Shown in pieces: positions 36,409 to 50,540 of a DNA stretch of 64,000 nucleotides. Made by a program: the position numbers and the translations under genes. The DNA is taken from the NCBI RefSeq assembly GCF_000002075.1, contig NW_004797302.1, forward strand, positions 1,825,390 to 1,889,389. Direction: 5' to 3'. The stretch's first letter is position 1, and every line of letters begins with the position of its first letter. The notes below the pieces were generated by a model that was not told where the DNA came from, did not search any database, and saw only the letters and a program-made list of their open reading frames with translations. This DNA is from Aplysia californica (Eukaryota).

Positions 36409-37051
36409 CATGCGACTACACTCAGGGCGTAAACCGGGCTACGATTGGCTGAACCTTTGACCCATGAATATATTAAGTAGGCTTACGGTACTCTAGGAAT
36501 TCCCGGTGTCGGTCTCATGCTTTTGACCGTCTTCTCTCAGCTTGTTTGGAGCGCTCATAGAAGAAGTAGAAAAAGAAGGAGGAAGAGGTAGAAGAAGGAG
36601 AAGAAGAAGAATGAGGAGGAGGAGATGAAGAAGAAGAAGAAGGAGGAGGAGGAGGTGGTGTAGAAGAAGGAGGAGAACAAAAAGAAGATGAAGAAATACA
36701 AGAGGGAGAACAAGAAGAAAAATCTAGTAGTTCACATGTTACTAATCGGGGACTTTTTCGTTTGTTACCCTACCTTTGGAGAGAGAGGGGGAGAGAGAGA
36801 GAGAGAAGAGAGAGAGAGGGGGGGGGGGGGGCAGAAAGCACTACAGAGGGAGGGTGGTGAGAGTGACAGGGAGGGAGAGAGGTGAGAAATAGACAAGAAA
36901 GGAGAGACAGTTTAGCAAACAAGCACTTACGCTCACACACACACAGAACACAGAGAAAAAGAGACCGTAAGTCTACCTTTCTAATGCATTCATGAGGTCA
37001 AAGGTTCAGGCAATCGTAGCCTGGTTTACGTCCTGTGTGTAGTCGCACATG
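36409..37051. mobile_element. Foldback MITE with ~60-bp TIRs enclosing GAA/GGA and GA microsatellites
   Basis: catgcgactacac...gaacctttgacccatgaat versus attcatgaggtcaaaggttc...gtgtagtcgcacatg. Confidence 0.7.
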
Positions 37052-37570
37052 TGTAGATCTAGATCTAATAGAGTTCAAAGCTGGTTCAAGACTCTAGTTC
37101 TAGTTTTATTTTAAATAGTTTTTGTATGAAAAATCAAAAATTGTTTTAGACATTTCTTGTTGAATTACTGCCAAGTATCGGCTCACTTTGCAGTTGCACA
37201 TTGCTAAATGTCTCAGTCAAGAAAGTCAAAATTGTTGACTGCTTGTCTCTTACGTTTTCTTCTTTTATGACTTTTAACATACTGACACTTGTGTCTGGGT
37301 CCAGCGACTTTGCTTTTGTGTCTTTATCACATGTTGCCTTTATATTTTCATGCTACTTCAATCTGTGCATGTGAAGTTTGATGAAGATATTGAATCTAGG
37401 TCTTTCTCCTATGATACACCATTTAATGCAAAAGTATCAATGCCTACCGAGCACATTTTGTTCTGCTGATTTTTGGCCCCCGATGCGGGCGTGTTTTGTG
37501 GGACGAACTAACGGAAATGGTTGTTGTCTTCAACTCCCTCTCACGCCGCTTCTCGTGAATGGATATATAT

Positions 37571-39993
37571 GAGCATTTGCCAAAAGGTGGGATACCTGGG
37601 TGTGACAAATGAGGTCCAAAATCAACTTTATGTAATAATTCATTAATCACCCATATTATATAGCCTAATGATTGCTCTTTCAGGCTCAGTAACTGCCAAA
37701 GCTGTATATGCAATGGTCTTGGTGTAATTCTGACTTTAATGTCGGAAATAGCAAAAAGTTCGTTCATAACAATGATGACACAAATTTAGAAATACTCAAA
37801 GTTCCTTTCTTCAGCTAGGCTGATGTTATATTTTGAGACATAGCAAATAACTTCCAAACTTACATAGAATTGACTATTTATAAAAATCTTTATTAATTTT
37901 TGATAAAATTACTTTTTTGTGTCATAATAGTTATGAACGAACAATAAGTGACCAAAATACTATCAATTATATCAAGTTTCATCGACTAGAATTGACTAAA
38001 ATAACACTCTGGTCTAAATTATAGTCAAGTGATAAATGAAAGACCATTGAACAGCTATTTTTAAACGCAAACTGGTCTTAGGGCATATTATGCATAAATT
38101 TAAAGTTCGTTCATAACCATTATGACACACTGTTTCATTCATAACTATTATGACAAATTTTACTTTTGGCCCCTAAAATTTACTTATATTGTTCTGTCTT
38201 TCACATAAAACGGTTTTCATTTATAAGACTTTCCTTAAAATATGATAGATTCCTCTATGTAGGGAGAATTCAAAGTCTATTTCATGAAAAACCCTTAGAA
38301 TACCTTTAAAATGGTTCGTTCATAACAATTATGACAAACTTCAATTTTGACCTAAAAATTTACTCATTTTGATCTGTCATTCATTTTTAAAAACTTTTAT
38401 TAAATGAAACTCTCCTCATAATATGTATCTCTGTACATGTTTTTGAAGTTTGTTAACACTGAAAAGCCCTCAAAATATATAAAATGGACTATAAATAGTT
38501 CGTTCATAACCATTACTACAAAAGTATAAATACTAATTAAAATCCACACCCATACACTTATGATAAAAATCAAAATATCAGAATGTATGCAAGGTCTATT
38601 CTGTCCTTTAGTTGGGTTAAAATTAAAAATACATCCCAAAACAACTGTAAATTACATGGAATAAGGTTTCGTTCATAACCGTTATGACACACTGTTTCGT
38701 TCATAACTATTATGACAAATTTTGCTTTGGGCCCAAAAAATTAACTTATTATTCTGTCATTCACCTAAAATTGTTTTAATTGATGAGACTCTCCTCAAAA
38801 TAAGGTTATATGTTGGAAGAATTCAAAGTTTAATCACTGAAAAACCCTTAGAGTACCTTTAATTGTTCGTTCATAACTATTATGACAAACTTCAGTTTTG
38901 ACCTAAAAATTAATATTTTGACTTTAAAATTTCATCTTAAATGAAAGTTTCCTCCTAATATGTATCTGTGTTCATGTTTTTAATGTTTATCAACCCTGGA
39001 AAGCCCTCAGAGTACAATATGTAGTTCGTTCATAACCATTACTACAAAAGTAAAATACTAATTAAAATCCAGACCCATACACTTATGATAAAAATCAAAA
39101 TATCAGAATGTAAGCAAGGTCTAATACATCCTCAAGTTGGGTTAAAATTAAAAATACATCCCAAAACAACTGTAAATTTCATGGAATAAGGTTTCGTTCA
39201 TAACCATTATGACACACTGTCACGTTCATAACATGATGACAATCCATTATGACAAGCATATTTTTGCCTCTTCTTCGCTTCTCTTTTGAGTCATCAGCAC
39301 GATACTCTTCCATGTTCATTCCACCATGTAAAAGGATGTTGTGAAACAGTGGGAAGTCCCTCACATGATATTTTGCAGAAATATCATAAAGTGTTTGTTC
39401 ATAACATCATTATGACAAACCTGGATTATCTCAATCAAAGTCATATTTAAGCAAAACGATGTGATGGAGCGGAAAATTACCCTTCTGATAGATCAATGTC
39501 AAACCAATGTTTAATACCGGTCATTCCCCTTGATGATATGTTTAACGATTTGGGTTTTCTAGACCTTGGAAAGTCTGATGATGTAATTATGACACGAGTT
39601 ATGAACGAACTTATAAATTTTACTTAGCAATAACATCATTAGTATAAAAAAATAAAACGCTTTTAATGGACACACGCTGTTATGATGGTGTGTACAAACT
39701 ATTTTCAATGTTTGAATGCACTTCTGTTTGATAGTTTAAGATTAACAATATTCTGTATTTAACATACAATTACGTGTGCACTCAGGATGAGTAAAAAATG
39801 CCCTATTTTTAGTACTATTATCTTTCTATGTAGAGATATAAGATGCACACATCAATCTACTTGCTCATGCAGCTTGACCAACTTATTTCCTTGCCATATG
39901 CATAAAGTTTTCAGAAGAAAACATATTTTACCATGAGTTTTGGTTGATTTAAAAAGTCCTTAAGCAAACACCCCCACCTTTTGGCAAAAGCTC
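37571..39993. mobile_element. Non-autonomous Sola-like (Sola2-type) DNA transposon
   Basis: TIR GAGC(A/T)TTTGCCAAAAGGTGGG at both ends, GAG..CTC termini, 4-bp TSD ATAT (37567-37570 and 39994-39997); no ORF; many internal GTTCGTTCATAAC.ATTATGAC repeats. Confidence 0.75.
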
Positions 39994-40744
39994 ATATGAA
40001 TGAAACTTGGCAGCCAATCAGAAAAGAGGTCAATCTCGTAGTATGCAGATGGACAAGTTTGTACCCATCCAAGAAGCAGTCGAAAACGTTTGCCAAAGTG
40101 GTTGATGTGGTGCGCTTTGAAGATTTTTCGGAGCTGTGATTTGTCAAACTGACTGATCAGTTGTACACCATTTTTCTTTATTCCCTTAAAATTTCATGCT
40201 TATATATATGTGTTTAGCAGTTTTTGCGTAATCTTGAAAAATGTGGGAGTAACTAAGGGAAAAGCGGCATTGCCATTTGCGCATGCTGGGTAAACGACCG
40301 GCGGCTGGGAAAATTCCACTGAGTGACCTCATCAGCCATCGGGCGCTACAAATGAGGCCCCGCTTATTATGTGAACCGGAAAGGGGGGAGGATACTTGAA
40401 AACGAAACGGGGGCCTTGATAACTTGCCTTTGTGTTGCAATTAAGTCACAATACAATAGATGTAGTCTTTTTTTTTTTTTTTTTGCTTTTATGCATGAGA
40501 GAAGAATAGAAACAAGAAAAGCAAACATCTTGAGAGGTGATATAGGCATTGTGTTTGCGTTATGAAAACCTATTTCCCCCTCTTGAGAAAGCACATACTT
40601 GGACTCGTCATGTTTGCTCTGTTTGGAAAAGTGGGGCTGTAAGATTGTTATTAAAGAGTATGGTACATATTTAGTCCAGTCTGGGAAGATAGTCTCATTT
40701 ATACATTGTAATCGTTCACGCGTGCGTGCGTGCGCGCCTGTGCC

Positions 40745-40790
<46 letters not shown>

Positions 40791-43700
40791 GGGGGGGGGG
40801 GGTCTAAATATCTGTTATATTTGTAGTATGTTTTGTAGCCTACACATGTGAAATATTCCCATGACTTGTAAACTATTCTAAACGTCGGAGGATGGTTTGA
40901 CGTAAAATTTGTGCACCAAATAACCACCATGACTGAGCCAATTTTGAGGCTTGCTTGTAGCGAAAATGACTGACTGTAGCTGTTTGGACAGTCTGCTATG
41001 GACGGATTAAAGAACAAAAAAACTTGAAGGTTTCACAGTGCAATGCCCATTGGTACATGTGATGGCTGGAGAAGTGACAGCTAAGGCAGGTTCAACTATT
41101 TTGCAGATTTCTTTTTAGTAGTGACCATTGGCTGACAAGTGTAGCAGACTTGCCAAGCGCAGGGTGATCCCCAAAAAAGCTGTACAACTTTTTTTTCTAA
41201 ATATCTCGCACGAAATTTGAACTAGAATGTTGCAATTTTGAAACAAATATAATTAATTCAAAAGGAATTTGTGGGACATTAACTCTCTCGTTTTCGCCAC
41301 TTTTTGAGAAAATTGTGTTGATTCACAACCTCTTCAGATCTTTGCCCTGGTGTGAGTAAGTCTTGTACTATACCCAGGCTTATTATGTATCTATGTAAAG
41401 GAAATTGAATGTAGAATACAGTAAAATGATAACAATTAATTTTTTTATGTCTGCTTTCAGTGGTGACCTACTTTAACTGTTACTAAAAATAGATTGCGAA
41501 CACAATTTTACATGAAACTGACAAACATAAAGAAGGAAAAAAAAAAGTATGATCAGATTGACCAAAAATTTATTGATATTCTAAAAGAATGTCCATTTCT
41601 GCTCATGACAGACAAAGAATGAATAATTTAGGACCCATATGAACACTTTGGTGGCACATGGAAAATTACATGTATTTTGGAGATAATTGTTACCGAAAAT
41701 AGAATTTTCACAAAATTCTCTGATTGTGCCAAGATTAGGCTATGATATTTCTACAAAAACATTCAAATCACATTATTTGACAATAAAAGAAGAGAATTCA
41801 TCATCTAAAAGGTTTATAAACCAACTGTGATGCTAGAAAAATTAAAACTTGAGTTGAAAAATAGTGACGAAAACATTTGTGCCTATATTTCCACCCAGAG
41901 TTTGTCATTGAATACAAAAAACATTACTCATACTCATTAGCTGGATGATCTAAAAGAAGACAGTTTCTTGTGCTACTAAAACAGAAGTTTTTTCCACACT
42001 TGTAACATTTGACACTAGACACTTTCTCAAGACGATAACAACGAAAACAATTTCTGCGCTAGAGATGGACGAGTCTCTTTCATTGCCGCAAGGTTGGCCT
42101 ACTCGTAGGTGTATGTGCAGATCTGCAATACAAATGCCTTCATTCGAAAGAGTGAAGAAAGCACTTGTTGGAAAATAGAAACACAAGAAAGAATTGTTGA
42201 TAAAAGCCATCCATGATAAGAGATATTTATATATGATAAGATAAATTTGATGGATCCACGAGAGAAATTTTAGGTGGATATATAGGCTATACCAGTACAT
42301 CAACATACAACATTCAGCAACAACACAGCAAAGTACACATTACAAATTATACTACGCTCGCACCAATGCACCATTCAATCAGACAAATGTACACACACAG
42401 TACATCTGTGCGGGATGAACCCTTCTCTCCGTCTCGCTCATTCTTTTACCCTCTCTTCAGCCCCCCCCCCTCTGTTTCTCTCTTCCTTTCATGCAAGAGC
42501 ACACACACAGACACACACAGACACAAATACACACACACACACACACAGTGTTCAACAGATCAACAGTTAACTTTGAACATAACAGACATCCCAATTTGTC
42601 CGTAAATTCTTGTTATAGCTAAAGTAAATGAATAGTCAAGCAAAGCATACAAATTGTTTCATTATTTGAGAAAAAAAGCCTGAGCATTAGCAATATCTAC
42701 TGATTTTTTATAGCCTTGTTGTAAAAAAATAATGATTATAAAAATGCAAATGGACCAGGGAAAAAATTCACCTGGTGTCAGATATTTCCGCATTTTGTTT
42801 GGTCCGGTCCTCATCGAGATGCAGGCCTGGCCGCAGCGTCGGCTTGAACTTGGGTACCTTGCATCGTCCGCATCACGTTACGAACCAATGAAGTCACCCC
42901 TGTCGGAAAATGCACAGGAACAAGGCATGTTAGAACAAGTCCAGCAAGACTTTTTTTTCCACCACTCCAATCATACCACTCTCCAATTGTCAGACTCAGT
43001 TTACAAAAATATGACAACTCGCAACTCATCTGAGCTGAGGTCACATAGACTCTAGATCTAGATCTAGATCTAAATAAATTATTCCCTTGCTCACATAAAA
43101 ATTAAAAATTGATGATACATATAAATTGAAACAAATAATAACAAACTGCAGTAGATAGCAAACGTTATCAATCAGTTGTAATGTTGTCAACTAAGAGAAT
43201 CGTCTCAGGATCCGCCATTTTGAACGTAAACAAGCAGCTAGCAACCACACCTTGGGTACAAAAAAAAAAAGCCAAAAAAATAATAAAAGCGAGAAAAACT
43301 TATCAATTCTAACCAATTTCATAAGAAAACACAAAAAGTTTAATCATTTATACAATAAAACACACGTTTTAGTACCCCCAGGGCCAATATTATGTTTCGA
43401 TAGGTCTACCTGTTCATTGATGCTCAGTGCAATCATCACTAACCCGTTGGCTGCACCACTTGGTCCTGGTTGAGGACTTGCTACGGCATTGTCAGACTCT
43501 TTATCTGATTCAGAGTCTCTGTCATCGATAGAAAACTCACTAAATGAGTCATCCAGACCATAATCGGGGTCAGAATCGGACATTTTACTTGAAAACTTGT
43601 TTGTTTTTTGTGAAGACAGTCGAGCAGCTGTTCTTTGTTTACAAAATGGAGGCGAAGGAAACGAAAGTGGTCGGGAAATTGAGGTCATTATCCGGGCACC

Positions 43701-46177
43701 TCTAACGGCTAACTCTTTCGAAAAAGGAGTTACAAATTGTGTATTTATAAAAGTTTAGCCATTCCTTTACCGAAATAAACCACATAGCAGACTCTAGGCG
43801 AATTTTTATAGCGACAGCCGGCTTCGCTCTGGACCCACCGGCCATCGACCGATATCGGTCGATATACAAGGGCGTGAACTCGAGAGAGTTAAATTCACAA
43901 AGAAGAAATTTAAATTTGAAAACGGAAATGACGTTTATAAAAAACACTTATAAATGCAAAATGATTTGATTTCCAAATGTTGTGTACTAATTTGAAACGC
44001 ACAGCTTCAGTGTGGAGGAAAATATTAGCAAAAAAGCTCGCACGCTTTTTTGGGTTTTTTAAAATCACCATGTACTCCAATAAAAATCAGTTTTCCTGTA
44101 ATTTGATTTTGCTTTGTCGAAAAATTTAATTCGGTTTGCACAAATGACTAAATTAGTCATTAGGTTAGGTCAAAAGAAATGAACTATATTGATAGTACTT
44201 CTCCTAATGAATGAGTGAACTCCTGGGTAAGAGAGATACCAGTTTTCTGCAATTGATGAAAATTAAATTTTTATAATGTTGACATTGTAAAGGTTTGTGA
44301 CCAAGCTACTGGGAGTGGCTTACTGGAGATAAGAAGTTAACCCCCTGAGGTAATGGAGACTGATTTTTTTCCCCAAACTGTGATCTTCAGGGGGAGGATT
44401 ACTGAAACAACCCCCTCCCCCACTCCTATTTTTGGTCATGGAGTGGTTAGCAGGTTTGGGGTAGGTCTGCAATCCGCCATAAGAAATTAGAATGTGGAAA
44501 TGTGGTACCTCTTGTTTAACTGAGCAAAAACGTCAGCGTCTATTTCTTATTTTTTGTGATAGAGATTCATCAATGAATGATCATGAAGCAAAGATTTTAC
44601 TAAATAAATTTGGGTGCCGGTCTTTTTTATGGTCCACCACGATGTCTTTGTTCTATTTGACAGTCTACCATCTGGTCTTTTGAAGTCACAACTTACTTGT
44701 CTATCGCAATCTTTACCACCCAAAATTCTTTGATCTTTAAATGCACTGAAGGCCAGGTCATTGACGTTTTCTTGCTAGACCTCCTTATCGCTGTAGCCTG
44801 TCAAGGTGACTGAAATCAGATTTTGTCTTCCAAATGCAAAAATTTTGTGACTGGTTCATGAAAAAGCTTCAAAGAATTGCTGCACCAGTTTGTGATTTTT
44901 TTTCCGATATCGAGAGATTTGTTGTAACAAACTTTTATTGTTGACATCTACTACTTTGTAATGCCTGTTTTCTATTACTGCTACCTCCTTTCTTGCTATT
45001 AGTCTTATTGAACTTATTCTTTTTTTTTCCATTTAGATTTATGGACCGGATGAAAAGATTATTCACTCTTGCTTATTGAACTTATTCTTTTTTTTCCATT
45101 TAGATTTTGGAGATAATTGTTACCGAAAATAGAATTTTCACAAAATNNNNNNNNNNNNNNNNNNNNNNNNNNNNNNNNNNNNNNNNNNNNNNNNNNNNNN
45201 NNNNNNNNNNNNNNNNNNNNNNNNNNNNNNNNNNNNNNNNNNNNNNACTATTATCTTTCTATGTAGAGATATAAGATGCACACATCAATCCACTTGCTCA
45301 TGCAGCTTGACCAACTTATTTCCTTGCCATATGCATAAAGTTTTCAGAAGAAAACATATTTTACCATGAGTTTTGGTTGATTTAAAAAGTCCTTAAGCAA
45401 ACACCCCCACCTTTTGGCAAAAGCTCATATGAATGAAACTTGGCAGCCAATCAGAAAAGAGGTCAATCTCGTAGTATGCAGATGGACAAGTTTGTACCCA
45501 TCCAAGAAGCAGTCGAAAACGTTTGCCAAAGTGGTTGATGTGGTGCGCTTTGAAGATTTTTCGGAGCTGTGATTTGTCAAAATGACTGATAAGTTGTACA
45601 CCATTTTTCTTTATTCCCTTAAAATTTCATGCTTATATATATGTGTTTAGCAGTTTTTGCGTAATCTTGAAAAATGTGGGAGTAACTAAGGGAAAAGCGG
45701 CATTGCCATTTGCGCATGCTGGGTAAACGACCGGCGGCTGGGAAAATTCCACTGAGTGACCTCATCAGCCATCGGGCGCTACAAATGAGGCCCCGCTTAT
45801 TATGTGAACCGGAAAGGGGGGAGGATACTTGAAAACGAAACGGGGGCCTTGATAACTTGCCTTTGTGTTGCAATTAAGTCACAATACAATAGATGTAGTC
45901 TTTTTTTTTTTTTTTTTTCTTTTATGCATGAGAGAAGAATAGAAACAAGAAAAGCAAACATCTTGAGAGGTGATATAGGCATTGTGTTTGCGTTATGAAA
46001 ACCTATTTCCCCCTCTTGAGAAAGCACATACTTGGACTCGTCATGTTTGCTCTGTTTGGAAAAGTGGGGCTGTAAGATTGTTATTAAAGAGTATGGTACA
46101 TATTTAGTCCAGTCTGGGAAGATAGTCTCGTTTATACATTGTAATCGTTCACGCGTGTGTGCGTGCGCGCCTGTGCC

Positions 46178-46223
<46 letters not shown>

Positions 46224-49200
46224 GGGGGGGGGGGGTCTAAATATCTGTTATATTTGTAGTATGTTTTGTAGCCTACACATGTGAAATATTCCCATGACTT
46301 GTAAACTATTCTAAACGTCGGAGGATGGTTTGACGTAAAATTTGTGCACCAAATAACCACCATGACTGAGCCAATTTTGAGGCTTGCTTGTAGCGAAAAT
46401 GACTGACTGTAGCTGTTTGGACAGTCTGCTATGGACGGATTAAAGAACAAAAAAACTTGAAGGTTTCACAGTGCAATGCCCATTGGTACATGTGATGGCT
46501 GGAGAAGTGACAGCTAAGGCAGGTTCAACTATTTTGCAGATTTCTTTTTAGTAGTGACCATTGGCTGACAAGTGTAGCAGACTTGCCAAGCGCAGGGTGA
46601 TCCCCAAAAAAGCTGTACAACTTTTTTTTCTAAATATCTCGCACGAAATTTGAACTAGAATGTTGCAATTTTGAAACAAATATAATTAATTCAAAAGGAA
46701 TTTGTGGGACATTAACTCTCTCGTTTTCGCCACTTTTTGAGAAAATTGTGTTGATTCACAACCTCTTCAGATCTTTGCCCTGGTGTGAGTAAGTCTTGTA
46801 CTATACCCAGGCTTATTATGTATCTATGTAAAGGAAATTGAATGTAGAATACAGTAAAATGATAACAATTAATTTTTTTATGTCTGCTTTCAGTGGTGAC
46901 CTACTTTAACTGTTACTAAAAATAGATTGCGAACACAATTTTACATGAAACTGACAAACATAAAGAAGGAAAAAAAAAAGTATGATCAGATTGACCAAAA
47001 ATTTATTGATATTCTAAAAGAATGTCCATTTCTGCTCATGACAGACAAAGAATGAATAATTTAGGACCCATATGAACACTTTGGTGGCACATGGAAAATT
47101 ACATGTATTTTGGAGATAATTGTTACCGAAAATAGAATTTTCACAAAATTCTCTGATTGTGCCAAGATTAGGCTATGATATTTCTACAAAAACATTCAAA
47201 TCACATTATTTGACAATAAAAGAAGAGAATTCATCATCTAAAAGGTTTATAAACCAACTGTGATGCTAGAAAAATTAAAACTTGAGTTGAAAAATAGTGA
47301 CGAAAACATTTGTGCCTATATTTCCACCCAGAGTTTGTCATTGAATACAAAAAACATTACTCATACTCATTAGCTGGATGATCTAAAAGAAGACAGTTTC
47401 TTGTGCTACTAAAACAGAAGTTTTTTCCACACTTGTAACATTTGACACTAGACACTTTCTCAAGACGATAACAACGAAAACAATTTCTGCGCTAGAGATG
47501 GACGAGTCTCTTTCATTGCCGCAAGGTTGGCCTACTCGTAGGTGTATGTGCAGATCTGCAATACAAATGCCTTCATTCGAAAGAGTGAAGAAAGCACTTG
47601 TTGGAAAATAGAAACACAAGAAAGAATTGTTGATAAAAGCCATCCATGATAAGAGATATTTATATATGATAAGATAAATTTGATGGATCCACGAGAGAAA
47701 TTTTAGGTGGATATATAGGCTATACCAGTACATCAACATACAACATTCAGCAACAACACAGCAAAGTACACATTACAAATTATACTACGCTCGCACCAAT
47801 GCACCATTCAATCAGACAAATGTACACACACAGTACATCTGTGCGGGATGAACCCTTCTCTCCGTCTCGCTCATTCTTTTACCCTCTCTTCAGCCCCCCC
47901 CCCTCTGTTTCTCTCTTCCTTTCATGCAAGAGCACACACACAGACACACACAGACACAAATACACACACACACACACACAGTGTTCAACAGATCAACAGT
48001 TAACTTTGAACATAACAGACATCCCAATTTGTCCGTAAATTCTTGTTATAGCTAAAGTAAATGAATAGTCAAGCAAAGCATACAAATTGTTTCATTATTT
48101 GAGAAAAAAAGCCTGAGCATTAGCAATATCTACTGATTTTTTATAGCCTTGTTGTAAAAAAATAATGATTATAAAAATGCAAATGGACCAGGGAAAAAAT
48201 TCACCTGGTGTCAGATATTTCCGCATTTTGTTTGGTCCGGTCCTCATCGAGATGCAGGCCTGGCCGCAGCGTCGGCTTGAACTTGGGTACCTTGCATCGT
48301 CCGCATCACGTTACGAACCAATGAAGTCACCCCTGTCGGAAAATGCACAGGAACAAGGCATGTTAGAACAAGTCCAGCAAGACTTTTTTTTCCACCACTC
48401 CAATCATACCACTCTCCAATTGTCAGACTCAGTTTACAAAAATATGACAACTCGCAACTCATCTGAGCTGAGGTCACATAGACTCTAGATCTAGATCTAG
48501 ATCTAAATAAATTATTCCCTTGCTCACATAAAAATTAAAAATTGATGATACATATAAATTGAAACAAATAATAACAAACTGCAGTAGATAGCAAACGTTA
48601 TCAATCAGTTGTAATGTTGTCAACTAAGAGAATCGTCTCAGGATCCGCCATTTTGAACGTAAACAAGCAGCTAGCAACCACACCTTGGGTACAAAAAAAA
48701 AAAGCCAAAAAAATAATAAAAGCGAGAAAAACTTATCAATTCTAACCAATTTCATAAGAAAACACAAAAAGTTTAATCATTTATACAATAAAACACACGT
48801 TTTAGTACCCCCAGGGCCAATATTATGTTTCGATAGGTCTACCTGTTCATTGATGCTCAGTGCAATCATCACTAACCCGTTGGCTGCACCACTTGGTCCT
48901 GGTTGAGGACTTGCTACGGCATTGTCAGACTCTTTATCTGATTCAGAGTCTCTGTCATCGATAGAAAACTCACTAAATGAGTCATCCAGACCATAATCGG
49001 GGTCAGAATCGGACATTTTACTTGAAAACTTGTTTGTTTTTTGTGAAGACAGTCGAGCAGCTGTTCTTTGTTTACAAAATGGAGGCGAAGGAAACGAAAG
49101 TGGTCTGGAAATTGAGGTCATTATCCGGGCACCTCTAACGGCTAACTCTTTCGAAAAAGGAGTTACAAATTGTGTATTTATAAAAGTTTAGCCATTCCTT

Positions 49201-50540
49201 TACCGAAATAAACCACATAGCAGACTCTAGGCGAATTTTTATAGCGACAGTCGGCTTCGCTCTGGGCCCACCGGCCATCGACCGATATCGGTCGATATAC
49301 AAGGGCGTGAACTCGAGAGAGTTAAATTCACAAAGAAGAAATTTAAATTTGAAAACGGAAATGACGTTTATAAAAAACACTTATAAATGCAAAATGATTT
49401 GATTTCCAAATGTTGTGTACTAATTTGAAACGCACAGCTTCAGTGTGGAGGAAAATATTAGCAAAAAAGCTCGCACGCTTTTTTGGGTTTTTTAAAATCA
49501 CCATGTACTCCAATAAAAATCAGTTTTCCTGTAATTTGATTTTGCTTTGTCGAAAAATTTAATTCGGTTTGCACAAATGACTAAATTAGTCATTAGGTTA
49601 GGTCAAAAGAAATGAACTATATTGATAGTACTTCTCCTAATGAATGAGTGAACTCCTGGGTAAGAGAGATACCAGTTTTCTGCAATTGATGAAAATTAAA
49701 TTTTTATAATGTTGACATTGTAAAGGTTTGTGACCAAGCTACTGGGAGTGGCTTACTGGAGATAAGAAGTTAACCCCCTGAGGTAATGGAGACTGATTTT
49801 TTTCCCCAAACTGTGATCTTCAGGGGGAGGATTACTGAAACAACCCCCTCCCCCACTCCTATTTTTGGTCATGGAGTGGTTAGCAGGTTTGGGGTAGGTC
49901 TGCAATCCGCCATAAGAAATTAGAATGTGGAAATGTGGTACCTCTTGTTTAACTGAGCAAAAACGTCAGCGTCTATTTCTTATTTTTTGTGATAGAGATT
50001 CATCAATGAATGATCATGAAGCAAAGATTTTACTAAATAAATTTGGGTGCCGGTCTTTTTTATGGTCCACCACGATGTCTTTGTTCTATTTGACAGTCTA
50101 CCATCTGGTCTTTTGAAGTCACAACTTACTTGTCTATCGCAATCTTTACCACCCAAAATTCTTTGATCTTTAAATGCACTGAAGGCCAGGTCATTGACGT
50201 TTTCTTGCTAGACCTCCTTATCGCTGTAGCCTGTCAAGGTGACTGAAATCAGATTTTGTCTTCCAAATGCAAAAATTTTGTGACTGGTTCATGAAAAAGC
50301 TTCAAAGAATTGCTGCACCAGTTTGTGATTTTTTTTCCGATATCGAGAGATTTGTTGTAACAAACTTTTATTGTTGACATCTACTACTTTGTAATGCCTG
50401 TTTTCTATTACTGCTACCTCCTTTCTTGCTATTAGTCTTATTGAACTTATTCTTTTTTTTTCCATTTAGATTTATGGACCGGATGAAAAGATTATTCACT
50501 CTTGCTTATTGAACTTATTCTTTTTTTTCCATTTAGATTT
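39814..50540. repeat. Near-identical tandem duplication with 5433-bp offset (39814-45107 versus 45247-50540) across a 100-N gap
   Basis: All ORFs recur at +5433 with only a handful of SNPs; a chimeric 38-bp tail at 45109-45146 is copied from ~41679. Confidence 0.92.
41160..44072 (-). mobile_element. Internally deleted piggyBac/PGBD-like element; copy 2 at 46593-49505
   Basis: Acidic N-terminus MSDSDPDYGLDDSFSEFSIDD..PQPGPSG; VPKFKPTLRPGLHLD segment; Cys-rich tail RRNCFRCYRLEKVSSVKCYKCGKNFCFSSTRNCLLLDH; imperfect CA(G/T)GGTGAT...CCCAAAAAAGC terminal repeats. Confidence 0.6.

Noticed and set aside
37750-39620. CRISPR-like repeat-spacer appearance
   Set aside because: Irregular spacing, both orientations, duplicated spacers, eukaryotic context and enclosure by TIRs and a TSD indicate transposon internal repeats.
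40290-40370. Hammerhead ribozyme core (CTGATGA on the minus strand)
   Set aside because: No stem II followed by GAAA and no matching cleavage triplet.
40367-41017. 216-aa ORF (and its copy at 45800-46450)
   Set aside because: Runs through microsatellites and homopolymers, with no coding signature.
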